Sequence record: MT446416.1
Reading direction: 5' to 3' (one strand)
DNA length: 64,000 nucleotides
Origin: Escherichia virus TH47
A model generated the notes under the pieces. That model did not search any database. It was given only the letters and a program-made list of their open reading frames with translations, and was not told the origin of the DNA. Shown piece by piece: positions 18,310 to 29,500 of this stretch; position 1 is the first letter of the stretch, and the number at the start of each line of letters is the position of its first letter. Made by a program: the position numbers and the translations under genes.

Positions 18310-18798
18310 ATGAGTAAATGGGAAATCAAAAATACCGACGAACAATTTTTTAAAGAAATTAAAGAATTTGAAGGTACTATTGCGTATCAGAAAAAACTTG
18401 GTTATTTTAAAAATGATAAGTTTTGGGTATATAAAGACAGTCTAGGTCTTGATACCATTGGTTACGGTCACCTTGTACTTAAGGGTGAAAGTTTCAAAAA
18501 TGGACTCACTGAAGCAGAAGCTGATGCTCTCCTTATAAAAGATGCTCAGACCGCTTACAATGACGCAAAATCAATCTATGATCAATTTGGAATGACTGCT
18601 CCAGTACAGGTTCAGCGTGTATTGTGGTTTATGGTGTTCCAAATGGGTAAATCAAAAGTTTTAAATTTCAAAAAAGCGATGGCTGCTCTTGGTCGTGGTG
18701 ATTATAAAACTGCTGGTAAAGAAATGCGTGATAGTACGTGGTACAAACAAACCACATCCAGAGCGGAGAAGATGGCTCGAATCGTCGAATCCGTATAA
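18310..18798 (+). CDS. e: T4-type lysozyme (endolysin, GH24)
   Basis: 162 aa; EFEGTIAYQ...DTIGYGH...MVFQMGKS match T4 lysozyme hallmark motifs (TIGIGH, MVFQMG) with catalytic Glu/Asp/Thr positions conserved. Confidence 0.9.
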   Translation: MSKWEIKNTDEQFFKEIKEFEGTIAYQKKLGYFKNDKFWVYKDSLGLDTIGYGHLVLKGESFKNGLTEAEADALLIKDAQTAYNDAKSIYDQFGMTAPVQVQRVLWFMVFQMGKSKVLNFKKAMAALGRGDYKTAGKEMRDSTWYKQTTSRAEKMARIVESV

Positions 18799-18813
18799 TA
18801 AAGGAAACACATA

Positions 18814-19209
18814 ATGGCAATTGTTTTTAAAGGTTTTTCAACTCCAGTAGTTGGAAGAACTGAAACATTGTATGACAGTGAATTGGTTCGTCAGGATTTA
18901 ATGAATCATTTCAATACAAAAAAAGGTGAACGTGCATTTGATGCTGATTATGGGTTCATTGCGTGGGATTTGCTATTTGAATTGGATGGTTATAATACAA
19001 TCAACCTTTTGGAAGCAGATGCCCGTAGAATTATTAGCTTGGACCCACGTTTAAGCTTAAAGAAACTTCAAATATCAAGAATTGAGTACGGTTATCAGAT
19101 GGATATAGTACTTGAATATGTTGTTCTCAATACTCTTGAAGAATTAACTATAGTTTTTGATGCAAGAAGTAACAACAGAATGGCTACCTATTCTGTATCA
19201 TCTTTGTAA
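18814..19209 (+). CDS. Baseplate wedge protein gp25-like (GPW/gp25 family)
   Basis: 131 aa; KGERAFDADYGFIAWDLLFE aligns with T4 gp25 KGSRPFDPEFGCDLSDQLFE; size matches. Confidence 0.8.
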   Translation: MAIVFKGFSTPVVGRTETLYDSELVRQDLMNHFNTKKGERAFDADYGFIAWDLLFELDGYNTINLLEADARRIISLDPRLSLKKLQISRIEYGYQMDIVLEYVVLNTLEELTIVFDARSNNRMATYSVSSL

Positions 19210-19216
19210 ATTATAA

Positions 19217-19246
19217 AAGCACTCTTCGGGGTGCTTTTCTTTTTGG
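19217..19246 (+). terminator. Rho-independent terminator (likely partial, within operon)
   Basis: GC hairpin (AGCAC-tcttcgg-GGTGCT) followed by TTTTCTTTTT. Confidence 0.45.
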
Positions 19247-19279
19247 ATAAATATTTCTATATAATTCATGGAGTGATGT

Positions 19280-19987
19280 ATGAAAAGTTATTATGGTTTC
19301 ATTTATCAATGGGAAGATAGCACCAATGGTATAAAATACATAGGTTCTCATTATGGAGCAACAGATGACAATTATGTGTCATCTAATGTTATAGTTAATA
19401 GAATTTATAAGGGAAGACCACAGGATTTATCAAGAACAGTTTTAGAATATATTATAGTTGATGATAAGAAATTTTTATTGGAGAGAGAACAAAAATACTT
19501 AGATTTGATATTACCCTCTGAATTGTACACGAGTTTAAACAGAAAAAATAAAACCGTGAAATATTACAACATGAAAAGGAATGCATGTGGTGGTAACGGT
19601 GGTGTAGGAAGTAATGGTATGTTGAAAAATAAAATAAAATATTTTAACAAACATACATTTGAACAAAAATTCTTTAGTAGTACTGACATTATACCAGATG
19701 ATTGGGTTAAAGGTGTACCATCCTCAAAGGTTAGCTGTACTGGAAGCACTTGGTATCTGAATATCAAAACTGGGGAAAATAAAAGATTTAAGAATAATCC
19801 AGGTATTGAATGGATTGAAGGTAAACGTAATATTTCAACAACACCAAAAAAAGTAAACACTCCGTATGGAATTTTTGAAAGTGCATCTGAATGTGGTAGA
19901 CAGACTGGGATAAAACAAGCAACTGTAACGTTTAGGTGTCGTTCAAAATCATCTAATATGGCAAATTGGTTTTATATAGAGGAATAA
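19280..19987 (+). CDS. GIY-YIG homing endonuclease (Seg-like)
   Basis: N-terminal YGFIYQWEDSTNGIKYIGS is a canonical GIY-X10-YIG motif with downstream conserved Arg and Glu; low GC; inserted between conserved baseplate genes. Confidence 0.8.
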   Translation: MKSYYGFIYQWEDSTNGIKYIGSHYGATDDNYVSSNVIVNRIYKGRPQDLSRTVLEYIIVDDKKFLLEREQKYLDLILPSELYTSLNRKNKTVKYYNMKRNACGGNGGVGSNGMLKNKIKYFNKHTFEQKFFSSTDIIPDDWVKGVPSSKVSCTGSTWYLNIKTGENKRFKNNPGIEWIEGKRNISTTPKKVNTPYGIFESASECGRQTGIKQATVTFRCRSKSSNMANWFYIEE

Positions 19988-19990
19988 ATT

Positions 19991-22900
19991 ATGTCACAAC
20001 AAAAAAGACAATCCAATTTATACGCGGGGGAAGATTGGACCCAGGTATATGAAAGCTTTTACAAAATCAATCTCACGGCATTTGATTACGATACCATTCG
20101 TCAAAGTATGATAGACTATCTCCGAACTACATATCCAGATTCGTTTAACGACTGGATTGAGAACGACCAGTTTATTTTTATTCTAGATACAATATCTATG
20201 CTGGGGCAGAACTTAGCGTTTCGTATGGATCTTAATACACGCGAAAACTTTTTAGATACTGCAACTCGTCGTGCATCCGTACTGAAACTCGCAAAAATGA
20301 TTTCTTACTTTCCACGCCGTTCATATCCAGGTCGTGCAGTTGCTAAATTAACAGAAATAAAAACCAACCAAGACGTTCGTAATAGTTTTAACGAATCACT
20401 TAAGGATAAAATCATTCGTTGGAATGACCCAATGGACACAAACTGGTATGAGAACTTCATTCTAGTTATGAACAGTTCATTTGTCAGTACTAACCAATTT
20501 GGTAATCCGGTTAAACGTATCGATATCAATGGTGTTTCTCGTCATCTATATCGCATGAATACAATTCCAATGTCAGCCCCAAGTCTCCCATTCACTGCTA
20601 CAGTTAATGGTGAATCGATGACATTTGAAGTTGTCAACCCTGATATTACGGCAGTTGGTGTTGAAGAGCGTCACCCCGAACCACAAGAGCAAAAATATAT
20701 AGTTTATCAGAATGATGGTAATGGATTTAGTTCACCAAATACTGGTTTCTTTGTTTATTTTGTTCAAGGGACATTGACATACCAAGATTTCCAATATAAT
20801 ATTCGAGAAGAAAACCGAATTCAAGATATCAATGTTGATAATATCAACGAAACTGATGTTTGGGTTCAGGAAATCAACGAAGATGGTATTGTTCGTACTA
20901 AATGGACCAAAGTTCCATCTATGGAAAGTATCGCATACAATACTGTTAACCGTCAACTAAAAACAATCTTTGCTGTCACAACTCGTGATAAAGACCAGAT
21001 TACTATTAAGTATCCTGATTCTCGTAGTGGTGTTGTTCCTCGTGGGACGTATCGTGTATGGTATCGTGTTAGTAATGGTGAAACATACAACATTAAAACC
21101 TCTGAAATCCAGAACAAAAGTGTAAAATACACCTATAGAACCAAAACACAATCAAGCTACGAATCCAGTACTTTGGATATTCGTTTCACATTGCAATATG
21201 AGTCAGATCGTGCACAAAGTGCAGAAACAATTGAACAAATTAAGGCTCGTGCTCCACAAATGTATTATACTCAAAACCGTTTTGTTAACGGAGAAGACTA
21301 TAACATTGCTCCGTTGAGTTTGGGTAACACAGTTCTTAAATCTAAAGCAATTAACCGTTTATATAGTGGTCAGTCACGATTTATTGATATTAATGACCCA
21401 ACTGGTAAGTATCAAAACACTGATGTGTTTAGTGATGATGGTTCAATGTATCAAGAAAAAACACAATTTAATAAATCATTACAATTACCAACTACCAAAA
21501 CAAATGCTAGTATTGCAATTGATAATATTCAGCCATTGATTGGTGAGAATGCTGTAATACAACGTTATCAAGCATATCCACCGAATACAATTGGTATTGA
21601 AATTCAACAAAAATGGACACCTGAATACAATTCTAATTACGCAACTAATACGTATGGTCGTATTATGGGGGCAACAGGTAACGTATTCGTAAATTATCAA
21701 GTTGGTACGTTGATTAAGTTTTCAAATGCTGGAACTACTGTGTGGGCTAGTATTGTTAGTGTTCTTGATAATGGATATTACGTTCTAAGTACTTCAGTTT
21801 CATCAAATATGCAAGCACAAGAGTACATTTTACAATACAGAACACGTTTTAATAGTGTCGAAGTACAAGCAATCTCTGCAATGCTTGATAAAAAGACAGA
21901 TTTTGTTATTATTCATGATAAAGAAACAACTTCTTGGCTTCCATTAGAAATCAGTACTGATGAAGATACTATTTCTTATAATGGAAATGAAGTTCTTGTT
22001 ATGATTAACATCAAATATACTGCTGAAACATGGGAATTTTATGCGAATGGCGTTGAATATGTGTTCGTTGGTGGTGATAAAGTTCGTTTTTACTTCGTTT
22101 CTTCTAAAAAGATAACTGATATTAGTACTGGTAGTGTTCAGAGTGACAAAATTGAAATTTTATCATCAAATACCACAAGTAATAGTAATGCTGGGTTGAC
22201 AAGTAACATAGATTTCCAAATTTATGACACAATTCAACAAGAAAACGGGTATCTTGATGGTTCTCGTGTGGTTATCACCTCTGAAAACGTTGATAGTAAT
22301 GGAATCCCACTAGAACCTAATCAATTCAGAGAAATTGTACCAAATTGGACTGGTGAAGATTCAGTTAAATATGGTGGTATATTGGTTTTCCAAGAAAATG
22401 ATGATTTCACTATATCAGTACTGTCATTACCGAACGATACTTTCACTATTCTTGATTCTTCATGGGCTTATACAATGGAACAGGCACTTGCAGAAACTAA
22501 TGCGTATAAGAGAAGTGAATTTGTTCGCAACAATGCTATTCGCTCAACAACATTGAGTGGTATCTATAGTAAAGGTTCAGGCTTTATGGTTGGCTTTAAA
22601 TACGATGGTAAATATTACTTTATAGAACAAACTGTTGGTAATAATAATGATCGTTTAAACCAATTAATTGAGAACTTGACCTATTCTGATGACACAACTG
22701 CTGCAACTCCTGAACTTGCGTTTTATCGTGCTATTGTTAATATCGGAACTAATGCTGATGCTAACCAAAAGTTAGATTATTATGGTTATAAAGATGTAAC
22801 TTCACAATATACAGTAAAAACGAATGCAAGAACTGGTATTGATTTCCACTGGAAACATTATGCACCAGATGATAATCGCATTGACCCAAGTAGAACAAAC

Positions 22901-23452
22901 TTGATTGACATGTATGTATTAACCAATTCATACAAAACTGAAGTTGATGTATGGTTGAAGAATGGAACACAAGGTAATATGCCTAAGCCTCCAACATCTG
23001 TTGAATTGAAAGACATTTTTAAAGAAGTTGAACAAAAAATAGTCATCAGTGACAGTATTATTTGGCATAGTGCAGAATATCTACCATTATTTGGTGCGAG
23101 TGCTGATGAAGATTATAAAGCAGATTTCAAAGTCGTCAAATTGCCTAACAGTACAATGAGTGATGATGAAATTCGTCAAAATGTCGTAGCACTAACTAAC
23201 GAGTATTTTAATGTTGACAACTGGGATTTTGGTGAAAGTTTCTATTACACAGACTTGTGTACATACATTCACTCCCAATTAGGACGACATATTAGTACTA
23301 TTGTTATCGTAGCTCAAAACCCTAACTCTAAATTTGGCTCACTATTTGAAATCCCTTCACGTTCTGACCAGATTTTCTTAAGTACTGCATCAGTTGATAA
23401 CGTACAGATAGTCAATTCCTTGGCTAAGAGTAACATTAACATTGGTTCATAA
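19991..23452 (+). CDS. Baseplate wedge protein, gp6-like (baseplate J family), enlarged
   Basis: 1153 aa; N-terminal region (FDYDTIRQSMIDYL...LDTISMLGQNLAFRMDLNTRENFLDTATRRASVLKLAKMISYFP) follows gp6/baseplate-J N-terminal pattern; GAGGA RBS located inside the upstream endonuclease gene. Confidence 0.6.
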   Translation: MSQQKRQSNLYAGEDWTQVYESFYKINLTAFDYDTIRQSMIDYLRTTYPDSFNDWIENDQFIFILDTISMLGQNLAFRMDLNTRENFLDTATRRASVLKLAKMISYFPRRSYPGRAVAKLTEIKTNQDVRNSFNESLKDKIIRWNDPMDTNWYENFILVMNSSFVSTNQFGNPVKRIDINGVSRHLYRMNTIPMSAPSLPFTATVNGESMTFEVVNPDITAVGVEERHPEPQEQKYIVYQNDGNGFSSPNTGFFVYFVQGTLTYQDFQYNIREENRIQDINVDNINETDVWVQEINEDGIVRTKWTKVPSMESIAYNTVNRQLKTIFAVTTRDKDQITIKYPDSRSGVVPRGTYRVWYRVSNGETYNIKTSEIQNKSVKYTYRTKTQSSYESSTLDIRFTLQYESDRAQSAETIEQIKARAPQMYYTQNRFVNGEDYNIAPLSLGNTVLKSKAINRLYSGQSRFIDINDPTGKYQNTDVFSDDGSMYQEKTQFNKSLQLPTTKTNASIAIDNIQPLIGENAVIQRYQAYPPNTIGIEIQQKWTPEYNSNYATNTYGRIMGATGNVFVNYQVGTLIKFSNAGTTVWASIVSVLDNGYYVLSTSVSSNMQAQEYILQYRTRFNSVEVQAISAMLDKKTDFVIIHDKETTSWLPLEISTDEDTISYNGNEVLVMINIKYTAETWEFYANGVEYVFVGGDKVRFYFVSSKKITDISTGSVQSDKIEILSSNTTSNSNAGLTSNIDFQIYDTIQQENGYLDGSRVVITSENVDSNGIPLEPNQFREIVPNWTGEDSVKYGGILVFQENDDFTISVLSLPNDTFTILDSSWAYTMEQALAETNAYKRSEFVRNNAIRSTTLSGIYSKGSGFMVGFKYDGKYYFIEQTVGNNNDRLNQLIENLTYSDDTTAATPELAFYRAIVNIGTNADANQKLDYYGYKDVTSQYTVKTNARTGIDFHWKHYAPDDNRIDPSRTNLIDMYVLTNSYKTEVDVWLKNGTQGNMPKPPTSVELKDIFKEVEQKIVISDSIIWHSAEYLPLFGASADEDYKADFKVVKLPNSTMSDDEIRQNVVALTNEYFNVDNWDFGESFYYTDLCTYIHSQLGRHISTIVIVAQNPNSKFGSLFEIPSRSDQIFLSTASVDNVQIVNSLAKSNINIGS

Positions 23453-23460
23453 CACATTAA

Positions 23461-23486
23461 GGCGTTCTTCGGAACGTCTTTTTTAT
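23461..23486 (+). terminator. Rho-independent terminator
   Basis: Short GC hairpin (CGTTC-ttcg-GAACG) followed by TCTTTTTT after stop at 23452. Confidence 0.45.
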
Positions 23487-23488
23487 AT

Positions 23489-23496
23489 CATAAATA
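23489..23496 (+). promoter_or_regulatory. Candidate late promoter -10 box (cATAAATA) for giant gene
   Basis: CATAAATA 37 nt upstream of ATG 23533. Confidence 0.35.
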
Positions 23497-23532
23497 AATC
23501 AAATGAATGAACGAATTATATGGAGTCCAAAA

Positions 23533-26500
23533 ATGACTAATAATTTTAAGTTTCAACCTACACAGATGGCTGAAGCAGTACAGAAGAAGCTTTTCATAAA
23601 AAGATTGCCTGAGTGGATGCAAGGCTTAGAAGATATTCAGAAAGTCAGTGATGATGTTATCCAACAATGGTTTAATCCGGCTGAAAACGAATTAGTTGAC
23701 GGCTACATTGGTGACATGGGTTCTCCGGCAGCAGCAGGGAACATCTTCTTACACGAGTCAACAGTCGCACGTCAACTATATCAGTTGTCCACTGCGTATG
23801 TCTCAAGAAATAATGACTCCAGCATTCGTTCAATTCAATTTTATGATGATCTAGTTGGCTATATGAATCATTACGGTGCACTAACCGAAAATGAAAGCCG
23901 TTTGTTTAATGGTAAGTTCTATTCATGGACCCCACCAATTAACCCAAATAAAATGAACAACTACAGTTCATACCTATGGGATTCCAAGAATAGCTATAAT
24001 ATCACAACTCCAGATTATATTGTTATGGAACGTGGTGCAGAAAATGGTAACACTTGGTCACTACAAAACTTCTGGTACACATTAGGTGAAACTTTAGAAG
24101 ATGGTACTATCCTAACTGAAGAACTAATGCAAGATTCCCGTTTTGTTCGTGCTCGTGCACCAATTATCGAATACAATAAAAATATCGAACTAATGAACTA
24201 CGGTACTAAATTCCGTGGAACAGTTGATTTGTTCTCTGATATTATTAAACCAGAAGATATCGTACAAAAAGATATTAACAGCGGTATACGTATCGATGGT
24301 ATTATTCCACAAGATGGTATGCGTATACTTTTCACCAGTATTGGTAACAATGGTGAAAACAACAGAATTTATAAAGTATATGTTAAACGTATGCAAGATG
24401 GAACACGTGTGTATGGTCTAGCATTAGATCCAGACGAAGAATCTGAAAGCCGTCCGAGTGGTGAACCACAAGATGGTGACGTAGTTCTTATTATCAAAGG
24501 TAATGAATTTGGTAACAGTTCCATGTATTGGAACGGTTCTCATTGGATTCAAGCACAGTCTAAAACTTCTGTGAACGTATTTCCACAATTCCAATTGTAT
24601 GACCGTAATGGTGTTAAACTAAACAACACTACTACCTATCCATCAAGTACTTTTACTGGTTCTTCACTATTTGGTTTTAAAATTAACTATAATTATGCAA
24701 CTGATAGCGTTTATGGTTATAACATTGAACTAGGTGATTACAATTATTACACATATGAGAATTTCCTACAATCAACTCGTTATACTTACGAGCATTTGGG
24801 TGTGGAAGTTGAAATTGATGGACTATATTACTATAACGTAATTGGTGAAGGTAATACAATGAACCTAGAAACTGATTGGGTTCGTAGTACTGAATACTCC
24901 AAACAATATGTTAAACAAACTCCACAGGTTGAACGTACAGTAATGTTTCGCGTGTTCAGTACTGTTTATGACATGGAAAGTTTCAAAGATCCAGTTGAAG
25001 GAATGTATGCTTATGTAATTGAAGTTGATAGAACATATCAATATTACAAAGCAGAACGTGAAACATATCTTGATTGGCATGTTATCGTTGGTGATGGTGT
25101 ACAAAGCGTTAAGTACAATCACACATTTGAATTGGCACAAAAAGTACTAGATAATTCTGATGATATTATTGAACTAGTTGTTGATGGTGTGGAAATAAAA
25201 GAATACACCAAAACTGTAGTTAATAATCAAGTACAAAGTATTACAATTGATAGCTCTGTTGATTTGGATGAAGATTCTGTTGTACAAATCAGAACTTATA
25301 GTAGCACTATCACTCCAAATAAAGAATTGGGTGCATATGAAGTTCCAATTAACCTACAAAATAACCCATATAATTCAAACATTGAATACATCAACCAAGG
25401 TGATTACACCCAGCACTTCCAAGATATTATTCAAAAGAATATTACATCTGGTTCTGCTGATGACTTTAACAATTACGAAGAACGTTTGGCTTCTGGTTTG
25501 GTTAATAATGGTGTAGGCACTAAAATTATTCAAAACGAAGCGTCCATGTTACCACTAATGGCACATACCGCTAATGAAGATATTGATTTGTTTGAATCAA
25601 TCATGTTTATGCAAGCAGAATACTTCCGCTTCATTAACAAGTTCAACACTCAAATGCTTCGTTTGTATGAAGAAGATCCAAGTGCTTTTCTTGGTAATAG
25701 TGCATCAAACATCGTAGATGCGATTCTAACAGCTATTAATATGGGACGTGATAGTACATTCCCATTCTACTATGACAACGTTGCAAGCACTGCTGGGTTT
25801 ATTCGTGCATTTGTCCCACCAACTCCACAGTTCTTGGGTATTTTGCAAGCTTATACACCACAAAAAGCAACATTCTTAACTGCTGGTAGTAAATCTAGCT
25901 GGTATAATATCAGTCATACTGGTATTATTTCAAAAGCATACCGTGTTATCAATGGTGTTGATAAAATGGATGACGTTGTTTTCGAATTGGAGAATCGTAT
26001 CTTTAATAGTATCGATCTTACTTTCAAGGATATTGATTATAAACCAGTACTAAACAGTGAAGATCTATTCCCAACTCCATATTTCACTGGTACTGATTAT
26101 AGTGCAGAAGAAAAGAAAACTCTATTGCTACGTGGTTACATTAACTTCACAGCAACCAATGGTATTAGTAACAGTACTCATGATTATGATGCAAATAACT
26201 GGAGAACTTGGAACTATACTGGTAGTTATTATGTTGTTGATGGTCAACGTACTGAAATTCCTGCTCGTGGTTCATGGCGTGCAATCTATACTGACCAATA
26301 CGGCACATATCGTCCAGCAACCCATCCGTGGGAAATGATGGGCTTCTCTCAACGTCCTACTTGGTGGAACCAAGAATACGAACCAACCGCAGTTCAAGTT
26401 GGTGAACGTGAAGGTGATGTTGTTTATGTGTATGAAGCACTAGTAATGAATGAAAGTGGTGATTTGGTCCCAAGTGGTTTGTGGGATATTGATGGTACTA

Positions 26501-29500
26501 TCGGTGACAGCAGTACTGGTACTATTTTGTCAGGTGAACGCCGTGGTCAATATGACAAATACAAGCGTTTCGGTGTACAGCCATTTAAAATCACTAAGAC
26601 TGGCGAGAAAACCAGCACTGGTATTGATATTTGTGAAGTTGAGTATATTGCACCTGAAGTTTTAGGTCTTGTTAGTGGTAATTTGGATCATCGTGCAGAA
26701 CCGTGGGCTTATGGTGACATGGGTGACATGGAATTCACTTACATGAACACTGCGATGTTTGCTTATGACCAAATGCTTCTTCTATACAAAGCAAAACCAG
26801 CACAGTTTGCAAACTATTACTGGGATACCCGTAATGATAACCTTAAACCAGTTTATACTGATGGTTCACAGTTCCTTTATGGTGAAACCCGTAAGCGTCT
26901 AAACTTTGACAGTACTACATTAGTACATGGTGAGAAAAATACCCGTACTATCGGTTATCAAATGTTTGTTAGTGACTATTTGATGTATCAGAACAAGAAC
27001 ATTACCACCAAATACGGTGACGTTGTTCGTTCTTCTTATGTCAATGTCGCTCACAAAATTGGTGGCTTTACTAAAGCAGACCAATTGACATTCACTGCTA
27101 AATCTTTCGGTTTGATTTCACAAGAAAACCAAACTATCGGTCTAGTTCGTTCCAATAACATTCTCGATGAGCAAATGAGTGCAGTAAAAATTACTTGGAA
27201 TGGTAGTGCATATCAAATTGATGGTTATGATTTAGTTGGTGCTAAATTTAAATATAAAATTCCAGTTAAAAATGGAAGAAAAGTAACTCTTAAATTGGAA
27301 GACAGAACTGTTGTTCATTACAATGAATGGAAATCTGAAGGTACATTAGAATATGGTAAAATATTCAATACATACCAAGAAGTTTATACTTTCATTTGTG
27401 GATATGGTGAATATCTAAAAGAACATGGCTGGATTTTTGAAGATGTAAATGATAGTGGTGCTCAACAAGACTGGACAACTATTGCTAAAGACTTTGTTAT
27501 TTGGAGTCAGAATAGTTTAAGTACTGGCGAGTTCATCTCCTGTACTCCAAGTGCAGCTAATGCTAAATTTGGTGCAGATTTTGGTTCAGTTCAATCTGTT
27601 ACACAGAACAGTGGTGGTGTTTGGTCATTACTTGATGATGAAAACCAAGGTATCCGTCAATATGAAATCGAAACTTCGCGTATCGGTAACGTATTCACAG
27701 TGAGAACTACATCCGAATCACAAAAACGTATGGCGTTGATTCGTTTGAGCCTAAGTTCATATGAACACGCAGTTGTTTTTGATGATAAAACTATCTTTGG
27801 TGATTTCATTTACCAACCAACTTATGGTGCTATTCAAGAATTGATTAAAATGTATGGTTACATTACTGGGTCATGGACTGGTCGCCTACAAGCACCTGGT
27901 TTCATTATCCTAGAAGCAGGAACTTTACCATCATTTGAAAAATTAGTAACTGATTTTGATTTATATTATAATAGTGAAACTCCTGTGAGTGATGTTCAGC
28001 TTCAAGAGTTATCAAATCACTTGATTGGCTATCAAACTCGTGATTATCTACAACGTATGATTAGTAGTGATGTTAGTCGTGTTGATTTCTATAAAGGATT
28101 CATTCATGACAAAGGTACTAACCAAGTAATGGAAAAAGTACTACGTGTTTCTAAATCTTACGACACTGATGAATATAAAGCACTTCAGGAATGGGCATTT
28201 AAGATTGGTACTTATGGTAATATCAATGGTAAGAAAAATCTACAATTTAAACTAATCAATGACCAATTTAAACAACAACCACAGATGGTTTCGTTTGATG
28301 TTAATGCTACATCAAATGGTACTGGTAATGGTATTGTTTATTACGGTGAACAAGGGGTTGACCCACGCTGGATTACTCGCCCAAATGGTAAGTTTTCATT
28401 CCCAATGCGTAGTGGAAGAAGTGAGAACATTCAACTTCCAGACATTGGCCCTGTAACACTAGATGAAATTTCATATGTTACTAAAGATTTCAGTACTGCA
28501 TATAATGATCGTATCAATTATATGAATAACAGTGGTGAAATCCCAGATTCTGTATGGATGTTTAAAGATGGTAATGATTTGTGGAATATTTTCGAACTAG
28601 TAGACACTGAAGTTGAGATGCTCTCTATCGTTCCAATTGAAAATACCGATGTATATGCAGAACAATTCTGTAAAGTAACTCTAAGTGATGATATCCCACT
28701 AAATGATGGTGATTATTATTACTTTGTTGATGAAACTAACTTTATGCCAGATACATTGACTATAGAAAGTCAATATTATACTGCGGGTAATGACCCTAGA
28801 GTTATGGTAGTTCCGTTTGACACTTCAATCACTATTGACTTCACTGATCCTGATACTCGCCCACGCTTGTATCGTTATGTTTCACGATTCAGTACTGAAG
28901 AGATGCGTCAGGAATACATTGACAGAAAATATAGTTTTAAAGCTCCACAAAGTACTTTGTTTGACCGCCCAACCACATATGATGAGCGTACTAACATTAC
29001 TGCGTTGTACCTAAACGTGTTTGACCCAATCAACGGTGTTATTCCTGGTGCAGCGATGCAGAACGTTACCTACACATCTCCAGTTGACCCAGCACAATAC
29101 AACAGCAATGGTGAATTGATTCAAGCATGGGGTGCTGATAAAGTTGGTCAGGTTTGGTGGAACACCAGCACTGCTTTCTACTTAGATTACACTCGTGCAA
29201 TCTATGATGCTGATGGTAATGTGGATGTTGATGCAACAAATGAATATAAACGTTATAACTGGGGCAGATTGCTACCGCACAGTACTGTTGATGTTCTTGA
29301 ATGGGTATGTTCGCCAGTTGAACCATATAACTGGGACAAATACTGCAAAGACGTTGCTAACAAAAATAAAAACAACACTATGTACCTACCAAGCGGAACC
29401 GCATTGGAAGATAATTATAGTACGTTCTTAGAATATGATAGCACAACTGATACTTATGTTACAAAATACTATTTCTGGGTGCGTGATACAATCTATGTGC

